Shown: positions 17,222-32,462, counted from the stretch's first letter. The stretch is DNA of 64,000 bases from Eledone cirrhosa (GCA_964016885.1 OZ024755.1:8184001-8248000); one strand, 5' to 3'. Numbers and translations: made by a program. The notes: generated from the sequence alone by a model not told the origin.

Positions 17222-17299
17222 CATATGTATTTACAAATATAAATTAGCGAGAATCGTATTTCGACTTTGGAATTAACGAAAAACAATTTCAAAATCAAC

Positions 17300-17577
<278 letters not shown>

Positions 17578-17604
17578 CATATATATATACATATATATAT
17601 ATAC

Positions 17605-17691
<87 letters not shown>

Positions 17692-17756
17692 CATATATAT
17701 ATACATATATATATACATATATATATATATACATATATACATATATACATATATAC

Positions 17757-17801
<45 letters not shown>

Positions 17802-17802
17802 A

Positions 17803-17903
<101 letters not shown>

Positions 17904-17904
17904 C

Positions 17905-17935
<31 letters not shown>

Positions 17936-17956
17936 CATATATATATACATATATCC

Positions 17957-17989
<33 letters not shown>

Positions 17990-18052
17990 CATATATATAT
18001 ACATATATATATACATATATATATATACATATATATACATATATATATATAC

Positions 18053-18233
<181 letters not shown>

Positions 18234-18292
18234 CATATATATATATACATATACATATATATATATATATATACATATATGTATATATATGC

Positions 18293-18362
<70 letters not shown>

Positions 18363-18419
18363 ATATACACATATGTATATATATGCATATATACATACAT
18401 ATATATATATATTTATTTA

Positions 18420-18543
18420 TTAAAATACCAGATTAAAGTTTAAGCAAAGAATCGCTCCTTTCACCCTTAACGGGATCTTCTGAAACTAACCAGTAATGCA
18501 CTGGAATAATTGCTGGCCTTGTGTCAAAAGTAGCAACAATTAT

Positions 18544-18548
<5 letters not shown>
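18420..18548. mobile_element. Duplicate of the family B/SINE chimera
   Basis: Appears identical to 17019-17147, at an offset of 1401. Confidence 0.7.
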
Positions 18549-18620
<72 letters not shown>

Positions 18621-18698
18621 CATATGTATTTACAAATATAAATTAGCGAGAATCGTATTTCGACTTTGGAATTAACGAAAAACAATTTCAAAATCAAC

Positions 18699-18963
<265 letters not shown>

Positions 18964-18975
18964 CATATATATACA

Positions 18976-19091
<116 letters not shown>

Positions 19092-19092
19092 C

Positions 19093-19123
<31 letters not shown>

Positions 19124-19156
19124 CATATATATACATATATATATACATATATATAC

Positions 19157-19190
<34 letters not shown>

Positions 19191-19259
19191 ATATATATAT
19201 ATATATTGTTATACTTTGGGAAATATATATATATACATATATGTATATGTATATATATG

Positions 19260-19346
<87 letters not shown>

Positions 19347-19718
19347 GTATATATATTCACACATATTTTCCTCCGCTGTGACCTGTCTATTTCGTTCTTA
19401 CTGCTTCCTCTTTCTCTGTATCTTTACCCTCTCTAACAGCCACTCTCTCTGTTAGCCTCTTCCTCACCCTTCACTCACTCATTCTCTGCTACTACCTCTC
19501 CTACTTCCTCCCGTTTGACCTGTGCGTAATTCTTTTCTTTGCATTACCACCTCACGGAAATCTGGGACTTGACTCTTTCTTCCTCACTTTTCGTTGCATT
19601 ACCACCTTTGTTTGTTTACAGTCTCCCTCGTTCCCCTTATTTACGTGTCCCAATGACTTTCTTTAGCCATTGCTCGCACCAACCGGAGGTATATGATCTT
19701 CCAATCTTCATTGGTATT

Positions 19719-19766
<48 letters not shown>

Positions 19767-19829
19767 ATATATATCGTAATGCGCAACATTGCGCTATACA
19801 ACACACTTTTGTAATAATTATTTACATAT

Positions 19830-19989
19830 ATGCTTTGACGCATAGAGTTACGGCCCTTGCCATTCTGATTTCAAATCCCACCGAGGTTAACTTTGCCTTT
19901 CATCCTTACGGGGTCGATAAAATAAAGTACCAGTAATACACTGGATAATTGCTGGCCTTGTGTCAAAAGTAGAAACAATTATTATTATT
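19830..19989 (+). mobile_element. SINE family A, 5' truncated
   Basis: Same body and (ATT)n tail as the other copies. Confidence 0.85.
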
Positions 19990-20543
19990 GTCGTTGTTGT
20001 TCTCGTTATTAATGTTATTGTTATTGTTTTTCTGTCATCATTATTCTACAATGATCTATTTATTATTAGATATTAACATAATGTACTATCTCGTATCTCG
20101 TATTATTGTTTGTCAAATATAACGACTAGCAACTACACGACTACTGTAAACTTTGACTCAGGAACTACAGCAGCCATTTAGACTCCTTGGAGAAGTCTGC
20201 AGTAATTGTATCCTCCGACCAAAGACAGACAAATAAATGGTTCTACGTGACAGCACATCGTTCATTAATGACCATCGGATATTAATATCTTCTGATACAA
20301 GAATGAGTTATTAGAGCTAACATTGTGTGGCGCCTTCATGCTTCACTGATATTATGCAGTATCGTTGTTGTTCATTATATTTTAATATCTGTAAAGAGGG
20401 AGACATGTTATACATTAATAATAAGACAGTCATTGTTTTAAACTTCATTGTGTTCAGGTAGCATATGGCAAACATATATACGTCTTGAAATATAGATTTC
20501 TCTATAAATAGTGTAGCTGTGAGCAGACTTCTTACTGCCAACA

Positions 20544-20593
<50 letters not shown>

Positions 20594-20646
20594 TATACAT
20601 AAACATACATATACATATATGCATACACATACAAACACACACACAC

Positions 20647-20735
<89 letters not shown>

Positions 20736-22342
20736 AACATTAGAAAAAGATTCATTCTGTATTTATTGTGTTTACACCTAAAACAATTTTTTAAAAATCC
20801 GCGTTATTATAATATTATTTGCTTATTAATAAATTTCGTAAAATATATTATAGCTTTTATCATTTTATATTTAGATAGTTGTCACAAAACTGACTCCGGC
20901 AATGCTCGTCAATTATCTATATCTTATGATGGTAACTGTGAATACATAACATTTAAATATAATCATCAATGGATAAATTTCTTATGGAGCTTAGCGAAAA
21001 AAATCTGTAATTGATGGGTGATTATTTAAAGAAATCTGATATAAAGTTATCAAAAGTTGGATAATTAATTGATGACATTGTTTACAAGAGAACGATAAGC
21101 AAAACTTTATATTATATTGGATTTATCATACATTATATTTAAGAACGGCAAATTGACAGATTCGTGAGAACGTCGAATGCTTAGCGGTATTCCTTCCACC
21201 TGTCACCTCTTAGCTTTCAAATCCCGCGGTGGTCAGCTTTACCTTTCATCCTTTCGAGGTCGACAAAAAAAGTACCAGTCTAGTACTGAGGTCGATTCTT
21301 CCTTTATATATATTTTCCTTTTCCTATCTCTCACTTTCTATCTTTCTCTGGTAGAAATCTGCTGTACTCAGGCCTGGAGAGGGAAGGGTTCCGTCAGGCT
21401 TAAAATGATCAAGAAACGCCGTATGTCACACAATGTGTTTTGCTGTCTCTGGTAACGGTACGCGTGTCTGTGGAATAGTCATCCACATACACTATTACAG
21501 GAGATGGACTGGTCTAATATTTCATAGACCCAGACTTGTCACAAACCGTGTCACATCGAATCTTCCTCATATCCACGTATCTTTGAAAGGCTAACTACCT
21601 ACACATTAATTCACAAGCAGGCAGTTCCGTTGATCGAAAAATTGGGACACTCATTGTCAGGACGGACGGATGTCCTACAACATTATATATATTTAATTCA
21701 AATCGTCTTCTCCCCCATCACTACCAAATCATGCATCTCAAATCAAATTGACTGCCTTATTATATATAGAAGAAAACTAATTAATTAACTGGCTTTCAGA
21801 CTATTACAAATGAAATAATTAATTAGGAAATTATTCTGTGGGCAATAAAGCGATATAAAATGGCACAAAATTATTACCAACTGTAGACAGAATTTTAATT
21901 ATGGTTTTATTTTCGATGGTATCCTATGAGATAGGCCGACAGCCATTATATTCTCATTAGTCCGGTTAGAAAATATACATACATGACAATTTCTGACTGA
22001 TTGATATGAATGGAGGTGAAGGTTAAATTTAATTTATTTTGTTTCATGATTATCAGATTCTCAGCATCACAAATAAAAATGGCCAAGTTGTTTACACAAA
22101 ATCTTTTTTCTATATTGAACATACAACTTTTCTGTAATAATAGTGTAATATACACACTGTAATATTGTTATGTATATTTATTTACATAAACAAATATCTT
22201 GTATTTGTCTTTCTACCTTTCTTAAAATTTAGTGTTTTATTATTCTGCTGGTTTCAGTCTGTAAACTGCGGTCATGCTGATGTACCCCCTTGACGGGAAT
22301 TGACAGATGATATCGGCTCTGTACTTATAATAGATATTTGCT

Positions 22343-22395
<53 letters not shown>

Positions 22396-22440
22396 ATCCT
22401 TATCAAGCCCTCTTCGAATTTTAGTCTTCACAATTTTTAT

Positions 22441-22446
<6 letters not shown>
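22396..22446 (+). mobile_element. Family B 3' end fragment
   Basis: atccttatcaagccctcttcgaattttagtcttcacaatttttattacta between (TA)n tracts; matches 37260-37312. Confidence 0.6.
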
Positions 22447-22479
<33 letters not shown>

Positions 22480-22550
22480 CATATATATGAAGTATTTCCG
22501 TAGGAAGGGTAAAGGAAGGCACAGTGCTCTATGTATGCTACAGAGCTATT

Positions 22551-22775
22551 TAATTATGTAATGAACAAAATAAGACAATTAATCCATTTACCAAAGGTTT
22601 CACGAAGACAGACAAGCTCAACTGAGACGTCTGAAATCGCTCATCAGAATGAATGATGAGCGATTTCAGACGGCTCTGTTGAACTCGTCTGTCTTCGTGA
22701 AACCTTTGGTAAATATATATAATTATGTAATAAACAACATAAGACAATTATTCCATTTACCAAAGATTTCACGAA

Positions 22776-22776
<1 letters not shown>
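22551..22776. mobile_element. Short element with direct and inverted partial copies (Penelope pseudo-LTR-like)
   Basis: Arm at 22551-22650, inverted copy at 22654-22714, direct partial copy at 22720-22776, ending in (TA)n. Contains a hammerhead. Confidence 0.7.
22583..22653 (-). ncRNA. Type I hammerhead ribozyme with canonical core, in a palindromic Penelope-like/retrozyme-like element
   Basis: Minus strand reads ttcatt-CTGATGA-gcga...tcgt-GAAAC-ctttg-GTA-aatgga. Stem I is ttcatt/aatgga (6 bp, one G-U). Stem II is gcga/tcgt, extended by cagac/gtctg and ctca/tgag. Stem III is ACC/GGU. Cleavage triplet GUA. Confidence 0.8.
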
Positions 22777-22814
<38 letters not shown>

Positions 22815-23060
22815 TATACTCGTATATACGACGGGCTTCCACACGGTCTCTATCTTCCAAATTTTTCCCTCCATGTGTTTGTAATCCTACAGCTATAGTT
22901 GGAACGATCTCTAAACCAAGGACTTTAGAATCGTACTTCTGAAGCACAGACCTATACCATGGTGCATGTTCATGGCTTAAAAATACTGTCTATAAATGTG
23001 TATGGCAATGTGCATGTGTATGTGTGTATATTTGTGTGTACATATGTGCGTGCGTGTATA

Positions 23061-23130
<70 letters not shown>

Positions 23131-23291
23131 ATATTGACAAATGGAAACTATATTTATAAAACCATATTAATTTCATTATACATATTTCAAGGACACCAAG
23201 TTAAATTATAGTGTGCTTTCATCAGATAAAATATAATATAGAGCAGTTTTATAAATAAATATTGACATACCCTTAAAGAATGCAACCATAC

Positions 23292-23340
<49 letters not shown>

Positions 23341-23346
<6 letters not shown>

Positions 23347-23489
23347 AAAGAGGTCCGTCGAGCCGCAGATTACAGAGTAAGGTAAGATCGATACAGATCG
23401 AACCTTGAGCTGATCAGTGGTGAAACGCGCCTCACCAACCAATAAATGTAATGAAGGAGTAACCAATCGTCCATGTTATCTTTTCACTA
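23341..23489 (+). mobile_element. Family C short element with 11 bp inverted ends
   Basis: tagtgaaaaga ... tcttttcacta. The 3' ~70 bp (gaaacgcgcctcacc...gttatcttttca) recurs at 61136-61203. Confidence 0.55.
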
Positions 23490-23605
23490 TAATACACTCT
23501 GTATAGCTGTACACCTCGACACTGAAGTGAACCTAATCATCGAGTGCTCACCCGGGTGAACCTACAATAACTCCAAGTTTCACTGCTTGGATATATATAT
23601 GTGTG

Positions 23606-23686
<81 letters not shown>

Positions 23687-24089
23687 ATATGTATATATAT
23701 ATATTTGTATATTTTGTGTGTATAAAGCGGTGATGGCAATGAAGCTTCTTTGTGATTATCAAACAAATTTCTGCTTCTGTGTATTACCAAATATTCACAA
23801 GGTTACCAAGAAATATAACCACTAACCGAATGACACTCTCTCAGATGTTCACATCATCTCATATTTACGTAATCATTCACATGGGTTCTGAAAGAGGTTT
23901 ATTTATGTAACAACCTTTATAGTTATATTGTTCCATTCATTATTAGTTTCTGTCATTACATTTCTCTGTCATGCATGGGTGGCAGGGGAGAACCTCATTG
24001 ATTTAGTCGTTCACTTATTATATCCCCTTACTCAGCGATCCACTTAATTGCGCTGTATAAACAAGCATAACATGTAAACACACACAAAC

Positions 24090-24269
24090 ACATATATATA
24101 TATATTATATATATATATATATGTGTGTATATATATATATATATTATTATTATTATTACTATATATAATATATAAATATATATATATAGTAATAATAATA
24201 ATAATATATATATATATTATATATAGTAATAATAATATTAATAATATATATATATATATACACACACAC

Positions 24270-24316
<47 letters not shown>

Positions 24317-24642
24317 TATATACATATATATATATATATACATAAATATATATATATATATACATAAATATATATATATATATACATAAATATATATATA
24401 TATACATAAATATATATATATATACATAAATATATATATACATATATATATACATAAATATATACATATATATACATATATATATACATATATATACATA
24501 TATATATACATATATATATATAAATATATATAAATATATATATATAAATAAATATATATATATAAATATATATATATAAATAAATATATATATATAAATA
24601 TATATAAATATAAATATATATATATAAATATATATATATATA
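24090..24642. repeat. Interrupted (TA)n/(AAT)n tract
   Basis: Direct inspection. Confidence 0.9.
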
Positions 24643-25106
24643 CATTCTTTTTCCTTTGGTATTTGTTATAGTTATCAATTGCTGTTGGCATACATGGAAT
24701 TTTCCTCAAATATTACAAAGAGTCCACTATGATGTAAAGAATTCATTTCTTGTGTCATTGATTAGGGACTGGCTCAAACAATTCGACTTATGTTCCCGCA
24801 GTGCAATAACAACCTCGATGTACAACTTGAACTAATTTATTGTATTGAGCAAATTATATTTATATATATATATATATATAAACGTAAACATTTCGCTTTT
24901 TCTACCTGCCGAAATGCGATCCTCGCTGAATTTATATATATATATATATATATGTGTGAGTGTGTGTTTGTGTGTGTATATGTGTGTGTGTTTATATATA
25001 TATGTATATATATTATACACACATACACACATATATATATGTTTGTGCGTCTATATGTGTGTGTGTGTATATATTATGAATATACATATATAATATATAT
25101 TATAAA

Positions 25107-25183
25107 CAAGGTGTCCCAAAAAAGATATACACACTTCAACAGCATTATAATCAAATGTATATGCATTTTTTGGAGACAACCTG
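25107..25183. mobile_element. Tiny Tc1/mariner-type MITE
   Basis: Imperfect terminal inverted repeats caaggtgtcccaaaaaa / ttttttggagacaacctg in a TA context. Confidence 0.55.
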
Positions 25184-25200
25184 TATATATATATTATTAT

Positions 25201-25240
<40 letters not shown>

Positions 25241-25650
25241 ACTATATGTATATATATATATACAATATGCTTCTGAAATTTTCGATATGAAACACAAGGC
25301 ATTGGTTAACGATGCGAAGCGAGTTCTTTAACCAAGCAGTTATGCCTGGGCTTATTCATTTGAAAAAAAAGGTTTGCATCTGCTCTGTGATTTGAGCTGC
25401 ATCTTTCAGCAATACTTCTTTGCTAACCTATATGTTAAATCATTCGCTATTTTGTCCACCTGGACCACGAAACAAAATCTGAAATTGCCTTGAGATAGTA
25501 TAGTGGATTACAGAGAGACTTTGCTGGATTCTGAGCTAATATTTGGTCGCCGCATATATGGTGTCCACCGCTGGGATATTGACTGGCTGACAATATCTGT
25601 GTCGGATGTTTGTGATTATCACGGATGGGTAGCATGTGTGGTAACACTAG

Positions 25651-25766
25651 TTGGAGCCGCCGTAACCCGTTTTTGAGCCCGACTCAATCCGTTTTTGAGC
25701 ACAGCTAAACCCGTTTTGAGCCCGAGTCAAACCGTTTTTTAGCGCGGCTCAACCCTTTTTGAGCTA
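25651..25766. repeat. ~21-22 bp minisatellite, about 5 units, each with an internal palindrome
   Basis: Units ccgtttttgagcccgactcaa, ccgtttttgagcacagctaaa, ccgttttgagcccgagtcaa, ccgttttttagcgcggctcaa. Confidence 0.8.
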
Positions 25767-26319
25767 ATGCTGACACAAGTACAATTATATGTATATTTGG
25801 CAGCTTTGACTATTTTTCAAGTATAACATTTAACATACCTTTAGATTTCATTTTTTGTTACTGTATCACAATCTATTTTAATCAGGAATTAACGAATATA
25901 TGTAGTATGTAATCACCAGTCTCATATACAAAAAATAACTGCGTCATTACACAACTGGCCTCAGGCCAAAATTTAATATTGATATAAAGTTGACATATAA
26001 TTATAGGCATGATCTCAACTCAACTTGAAAAGACAGAAAGCTAGAACACCACTTTTTATCTACGTAGTGTATCCAACCATCAACATTTCTGTAGATAGTT
26101 GATAAATCAATGTTGATTCTACATAGAACGTGCATTAAAATATTCACATACACACACACACTCTCTCTCTCTCTTTCACTCACTTACACACACAAATATA
26201 TATATATTGTGTTCCGATCTGTTGATCTCATACAAAGAACAACTCGATATATATAATACAGTAATTATATAGGATAATTCAGTCATTTATTTTCTTACAA
26301 CAGCACCGTGATATTTCAG

Positions 26320-26352
<33 letters not shown>

Positions 26353-26898
26353 GCTGATGTATACGTTTGCTTACAACATACCTCTGGGCTTCTCGATCAC
26401 CTTCCACGCCAAATATCAATGGAACTACGAAATGTCCACTCTGTTCCAGGAAAACATTTAGCATGTAGCAAGTATGGTACTCACCAAAAAAGCATCTAAA
26501 CTGAGGATTTTAAACATTGTTTACATCCTACAACTCACCTCCCCAAAAATGCTCACTCATCAGACCTGCTAAATCCTCCCCTACCTTTTGTCAAGTATAC
26601 ACGTACAAAAATACACATACAGCAGATTCCCAGGCACAGACACACACATTATATACACCACATCACGAAGACTCTCCTATTTTTGAATATATTTGTGTTC
26701 TAATTTTTAGAAAATATTTTAGAAAAATATTTAGATGTTTTTAAAATGAGATTTAACATTAATAAAATTAGATTACACACAAGGTAACATATATATTTCT
26801 ATTCATAGCTGTATACAACTTCATATTGGATATAGATAAAAAAAAAACGTTCACCCACTTTCTCTAAAATTCTCAATAGGAATTATATTCTTATAATT

Positions 26899-27081
26899 GT
26901 TTCTACTTTTGGCACAAGGCCAGCAATAAACAAGTACATTACTGGTACTATATTTTATCAACCCCGTAATGATGAAAGGCAAAGTTAACCTCCACGGGAT
27001 TTGAACTCAGACCGTAAAGGGACGTAACTATGCTATAACCTTCTACCGATACTGCCAATTCACCCCCCTTGGATTGCCATC
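26899..27081 (-). mobile_element. SINE family A with 17 bp target-site duplication
   Basis: attatattcttataatt at 26882-26898 and 27082-27098; internal deletion in the head. Confidence 0.85.
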
Positions 27082-27588
27082 ATTATATTCTTATAATTAT
27101 GGTAATCTAGGTCTTAAATTCTGACGTTGAATCAACAGTATATAGCCATTAATGCACGGTAATTTGAATCTACCTCATTATGGCGTCCATATTAATAAAC
27201 AATAAATATGTAGCCCAGAAATGTTACTTTCTCTCACACTCTCCCTTTTCCAAGAACAAAGTTTCTTCATCAGAAATATATGATACATACAATCAAATAA
27301 ATTCATCTTGCTTCATATAACATATTCTGCATACTGATTATTAAATATTTCTCAGTTAAGATGCCTTTTATATCATAAACTCACTAACTAATCTCATTAT
27401 TTAGAGCTTGTCAAAATGGTCAACATATCACATGTATGCTGCCATCATCATATATGTTGAAAATACTTTAAAGCATTGATACATTTCCCTAACTCACATA
27501 TAATTCATAAAATATTAATAATAATTTATGTGTTGGCTTTATGGATTGTGAGAAAATACGTACATAATATATATATATATATATATAT

Positions 27589-27619
<31 letters not shown>

Positions 27620-27663
27620 TGGGCGTATGTCTTTCTCTGTATATATATATATATATATATGCG

Positions 27664-27711
<48 letters not shown>

Positions 27712-28489
27712 CCAAATGCTATAAAAATAATAACACAGGCCTGCATGCTAACGTAAATGTCAAATTTATTGAATTTGTTAAATTGTGCTCCCAGAGGAGA
27801 CCTGCGGTGTATTATACAAGAAAGAATATTGATAAACTGAATATTATTGAAAATAACGACGTTGAACTTAAGATAAATTATTTATGTGTGTAACAGAAAA
27901 GAACTATTAATGATAAATACATAGATGTTAAAAAACACGAATAGAAAACATAACAAAAGCAGTGCATGATTTACCCGAAGCCTCATAAATGTGTAAATAA
28001 ATACACTTGGCTTATGTAAACATGAATCATTTTCACAAATACGAAAAATAGTGGGCATTCTGACTGGAGTTTTGATCCTAGTTGAAGTCATCTTTATAAA
28101 CTCAGTACACCTTTATCTGCCTACGAAGAAATATTAAAAACTTTTTGAGACCAGCCTTGGCCTAAACTGCATCTGTTTGTGAAATAAAGCCACTCATTTT
28201 AAAACATTCCTATATAAATTAAGGTCTCCCAACATAATTTTACGTAAGACCCATATATTTAGTTACTATCTTAGTAATAGAATAAATTAATAGTTTCAGT
28301 AAATCCCTCAAGAATACTTCATTAGAAATACGATAAAATGTATTTACATATGTCATTGTAATTATCTACACATTTTTACAACTTTGGTTAAATCCTATAC
28401 TACTTCAGTACAGATATGTATTTGTCATATATCTCAGATGATTAGTGCAAAATTTAACGTCTAATTGAATTAATTATCATTGGAAGTAC

Positions 28490-28680
28490 TGTTTGTTCTT
28501 CTGGGGCGAATAGCTGATGCACAATGCCTCGTTCGTCAAAGTAAACAGCCAGCATCACCTTGATTTTGACCCTCAACTGATGTGCTTTTGGAGTTTCAGC
28601 GACTTTCGCTGATTCCCCTGCAATGTCTGTGCTTTGATGACTAAGGAAATGTATCAGTGTATACAGGACTCAGGAACCTT
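28490..28680 (-). pseudogene. Mariner transposase fragment
   Basis: Minus strand translates to PKAHQLRVKIKVMLAVYFDERGIVHQLFAPE, matching mariner K.MLTVFFD..G.VH.EF.P. Confidence 0.7.
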
Positions 28681-29331
28681 TATTGGCAGTATCAAAATAA
28701 AAATTTGGCAAGTTGCACAGCAGCTTACAGGCTGGCTGCCTGACAGCGACTGACGCAATGACTGAGCTCACTAAAAGCTGCACATGTGCTTCAATATACC
28801 GGGCACACGTTTGTCATCCTAGTGTGATTACTTCTCACGGGGAAAACCAAAAGTCAGATATTTTTTCAGCAGACTTTGTACATCTGTGTATTTATATATA
28901 TATATTCTTGTAGCCTCGGTTAAATCCAGCTGTGTTTCTCTATAGATATGTATTTATCTCATACTACTGTTACTTAGTGCATAACATAATATCAAAATAC
29001 TAATGATAACATTAAGTCATGACACTATTGCGGAAAAAAAAGTTTAAATGTTATTCTTATCAAACTCCAGTATTGGTTTAGGTTCAACATAACATTGTTG
29101 CTAGAACAGCAATAAATAATTAAAAAATAAATCAATAAAAATAAAGCAGATCCTACTTTGCCGCCATTCAATATTAATTCAACGATGATTCAACATTTAG
29201 ATAGAGCTGAAATCAGTTAAACGTTGAATCAATGATGAATGCGAGCTAGATAGCTTTTTCCGTTCCTTCAAATAAATAGATATATATCTACTTACAGATC
29301 GATGTCTATCTTATTCTCACTCTTCTCTCTT

Positions 29332-29366
<35 letters not shown>

Positions 29367-29477
29367 CGCCTGGATTTGCGACCGACAGATAGTATTAGCA
29401 ATTGGAAAGACCTCGGTCCGATTTGATGAGCTCCACCCCACTCGAATGAGGCCTGGGATCTTGTCAATCGACTGTCG

Positions 29478-29523
<46 letters not shown>

Positions 29524-29526
<3 letters not shown>

Positions 29527-29735
29527 AATATCAGCGGCAAGAGGACAGAAAATCATAAATCAGAAAAGTACTCGATCCATAAAAGAATGCAGAGTGGGTA
29601 TATTAATGAGGCAGATATTCGATCGCAAGTCCAAGCATTTTCAGCTCGAAACCTCTTCAAGCCTTTCAGGAGAAGCTTGAAGAGGTTACAAACTAAAAAC
29701 GCTCGAATTGGCTGTCGAATATCTCCATCATTGAT
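29524..29735. mobile_element. Diverged palindromic element in (TA)n
   Basis: Imperfect inverted arms at ~29602-29662 and 29675-29735 (aacctcttcaagc/gcttgaagaggtt; agatattcga/tcgaatatct). Confidence 0.55.
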
Positions 29736-29874
29736 ATATATATATATATATATATATATACTGTATATATATTTATCGGGAAAAAATAAATGTGATTGAG
29801 AATATTTATTGTTCAGTCGACGAGTGTTCCAGATGTTTCGCTAACGGACAGTCTCCTCAACATAATCTTCAGAG

Positions 29875-29985
29875 AAATGCAGCTGAGTAGAGTGGAGCAA
29901 CGAGAAATAAATTGTCTCGCTCAAGGACACACAGTGTCGCCGTTAATCGAACTCATGACCTAATGATCCGAAAGGGAAGGCCTAA
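29875..29985 (-). mobile_element. Second SINE family, head and core
   Basis: cagctgagtagagtggagcaacgagaaataaattgtctcgctcaaggacac...aatcgaactcatgacc is the reverse complement of the 38331 copy. Confidence 0.65.
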
Positions 29986-32082
29986 CGTCTGTCACGTACC
30001 CCCTCTAGATGTTTACATACTCTATAGAAATAACACTTTTATCGATTCAAAATATTCCTTTCTACGTTGATCTAATGTTTGAGCTGTTGAGCAAATCAGA
30101 TATTTGGATTATATCATAGCCACGTTGATGCAATCTGAAATATATATAAACTCCCTTTGTAAAAGTTTCATAATTCTGTGTTTCTTGCTAGGAGCCAGAT
30201 ACAATGCTAACAAATTGATATTATTTTCCGCATAATCTGTCTCTGTAAACATATTACTCGAGAATATATCAATATCTAATTGGAAATAATACAATAGTTT
30301 AAGAGAATTTAAGTATGAATCTCGATACATATTAAATGTTAATAAATCCTACGTGAAACTCTTGAACAGATTCTGTTCAGTGGTAGTATCATTGAAAAAT
30401 GAAATACCAAAGGTGACTGAAGTGATTTGTATTGATACTGGCTATATAGCTTAATTATACATCGATTTGTAAGCATTGTTACTGAAATCAAAGTTCATGC
30501 TGTTGTATTGTTTCATTTTTATGAGTGGTGCGAGTGTCACGTGGACTTGGTGTTTTCCCCAGTAGAGTTTGTAAGCGACTATGACGAAGTATCATTTAAA
30601 CATTCTGGATAATCTACTTGAAAAGCTAGGAATTAATGAAATGTCAAGTAGGAGGATATGTGAATATAGAGAATGGTAATAGGAAAAAATCAATGAACAT
30701 GTTGTTCGGCGCCACATATCAAATATTGTACACGAATAAATATAGGCCTTTATGTATTATAGCAAACATATGGACGCCAACATTTGAACAGATTTTTCGT
30801 ATTAAGCAACGAAAGATGGTAGTGAAACTATATTTAATGATATAAATAAAGGATATATATATACCATTCATACTAAAAATCTATTACATGCTTAGTATTG
30901 TTTAGTTCATCATAATGTAACACTTCAAATAGGCTCAGTTAAGAGATTCACTTCAAAATGACGAACCCCTTGGTTCGATTAAACTGCCCTTTATCGTAGT
31001 CTCGTATTCAACCAAAGCTTGATTTACGTTTAATTCTTGGTATAGCAGGAAAAGTGCGCTGACGTTTCGAACATTTATCCTTCATCGAAAGATAGTATAA
31101 GAGAGAAAGAAAAACACCAAAGTTAAACGAGAGGAAACGTATGCATGTATGTAAGTATAGATGGATCGATTAACATAATTGATATGTACCCAGTATGCAT
31201 TTGAATTTGACCTAGTTTTTGAACTTTAGAAAATCCCAACACACACACACACACACATATATATATAAGAGTGAGTGTGTGAGTGTGTGTATGTATTTAA
31301 TTATATAACCTTCATATGTGTTTTATTATTGAAACTAATTACTGCGTAAAGTCTTAAGAAAATGATCCAATATCGATTGCTCCGGATTCAATCAATTATT
31401 TCAAAGTTCAAATTTAATTATTAGCGACATAGATATATCAAATTGTAAAACTAAATGTTTCTGTTGTTGAATCTTTTCGTAGTTTCCTTGTACTGGAAGA
31501 TCTTGTTTATGGTTAGCAGATACTTCACAATATATTGTACATGCAATCTTGATAGCTTTTTAAAGACCAGCATCAAGATGACTTCTCTCGCAGAGTTTTA
31601 AAACATTGGATCAACTAATGCCATGGGTTTAATGGATAATCTCCTCAAGCACAGAACTGATTCTATTCGACCAATTCTTGAGAAAATATAGTTCAAGGAT
31701 ATATACGAGGGTGGACTGAAACGTTTATAAATCATGATCGAGTTATGCTAAAGCAGTGATATCTTGTTTGCATTAATTTCAACTCTTCTAATTGATAACT
31801 ACATTGTTTTTTTTTCCAGAGAATATGTTGAAACATAAACGCCATTTGGTCATTCCATGAGAATATTTTGGTCAGCTCACGAACTTGAAATACGAGTCTG
31901 TGAAGAAAACTGTTATTAAGTCATTGTCTTAGGATTGCGAAACATCATTAATCTGCATCCGAATGTGTGGTGCTGGCCAGGAAATGAAGACTTATTCTAA
32001 GAGGTTCAGACATAACAAACGATACACACTTTCTAACACTGAAATGGCATTGCTTGACTTACACATTTTAAACTTATTGTCG

Positions 32083-32413
32083 TGGATTGGCAGTATCGGT
32101 AGACTGTCGGAGGCCATGCTTTGCAACATAGAGTTACAGCCCTTTGCAGTCTGAGTTCAAATCCCGCCAAGGTTAACTTTGCCTTTCATCCTTACGGGGT
32201 CGATAAAATAAAGTACCAGTAATACACTGGGATAATTGTCGGCCTTGTGCCAAAAGTAGAAACAATTATTTATATAGTTCAAAATTCCGCCGAGGTTAGC
32301 TTTGCATTTCATCCTTACAGAATCGATAAAATAAAGCACCAGTAATGCACTGAGGGCGATTTACTCGACTTCCCCACCCCTTCAAATTGCCGGCCTTGTG
32401 CCTAAAGTAGAAA

Positions 32414-32420
<7 letters not shown>
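32083..32420 (+). mobile_element. Tandem dimer of SINE family A (short, then 5'-truncated long)
   Basis: Full copy at 32083-32270; second copy from the B box at 32277-32420. Confidence 0.85.

Positions 32421-32462
<42 letters not shown>

Noticed and set aside
31058-31092. Hammerhead-like TCGATGAA-gga..ttc-GAAACGTC on minus (similar weak cases at 29840-29875, 32580-32616 and 33926-33971)
   Set aside because: Core altered and/or no stem I; at most old relics.
31703-31900. Mariner-type MITE starting tacgagggtggactgaaa
   Set aside because: Only one end resembles a mariner terminal inverted repeat; no matching right end found.
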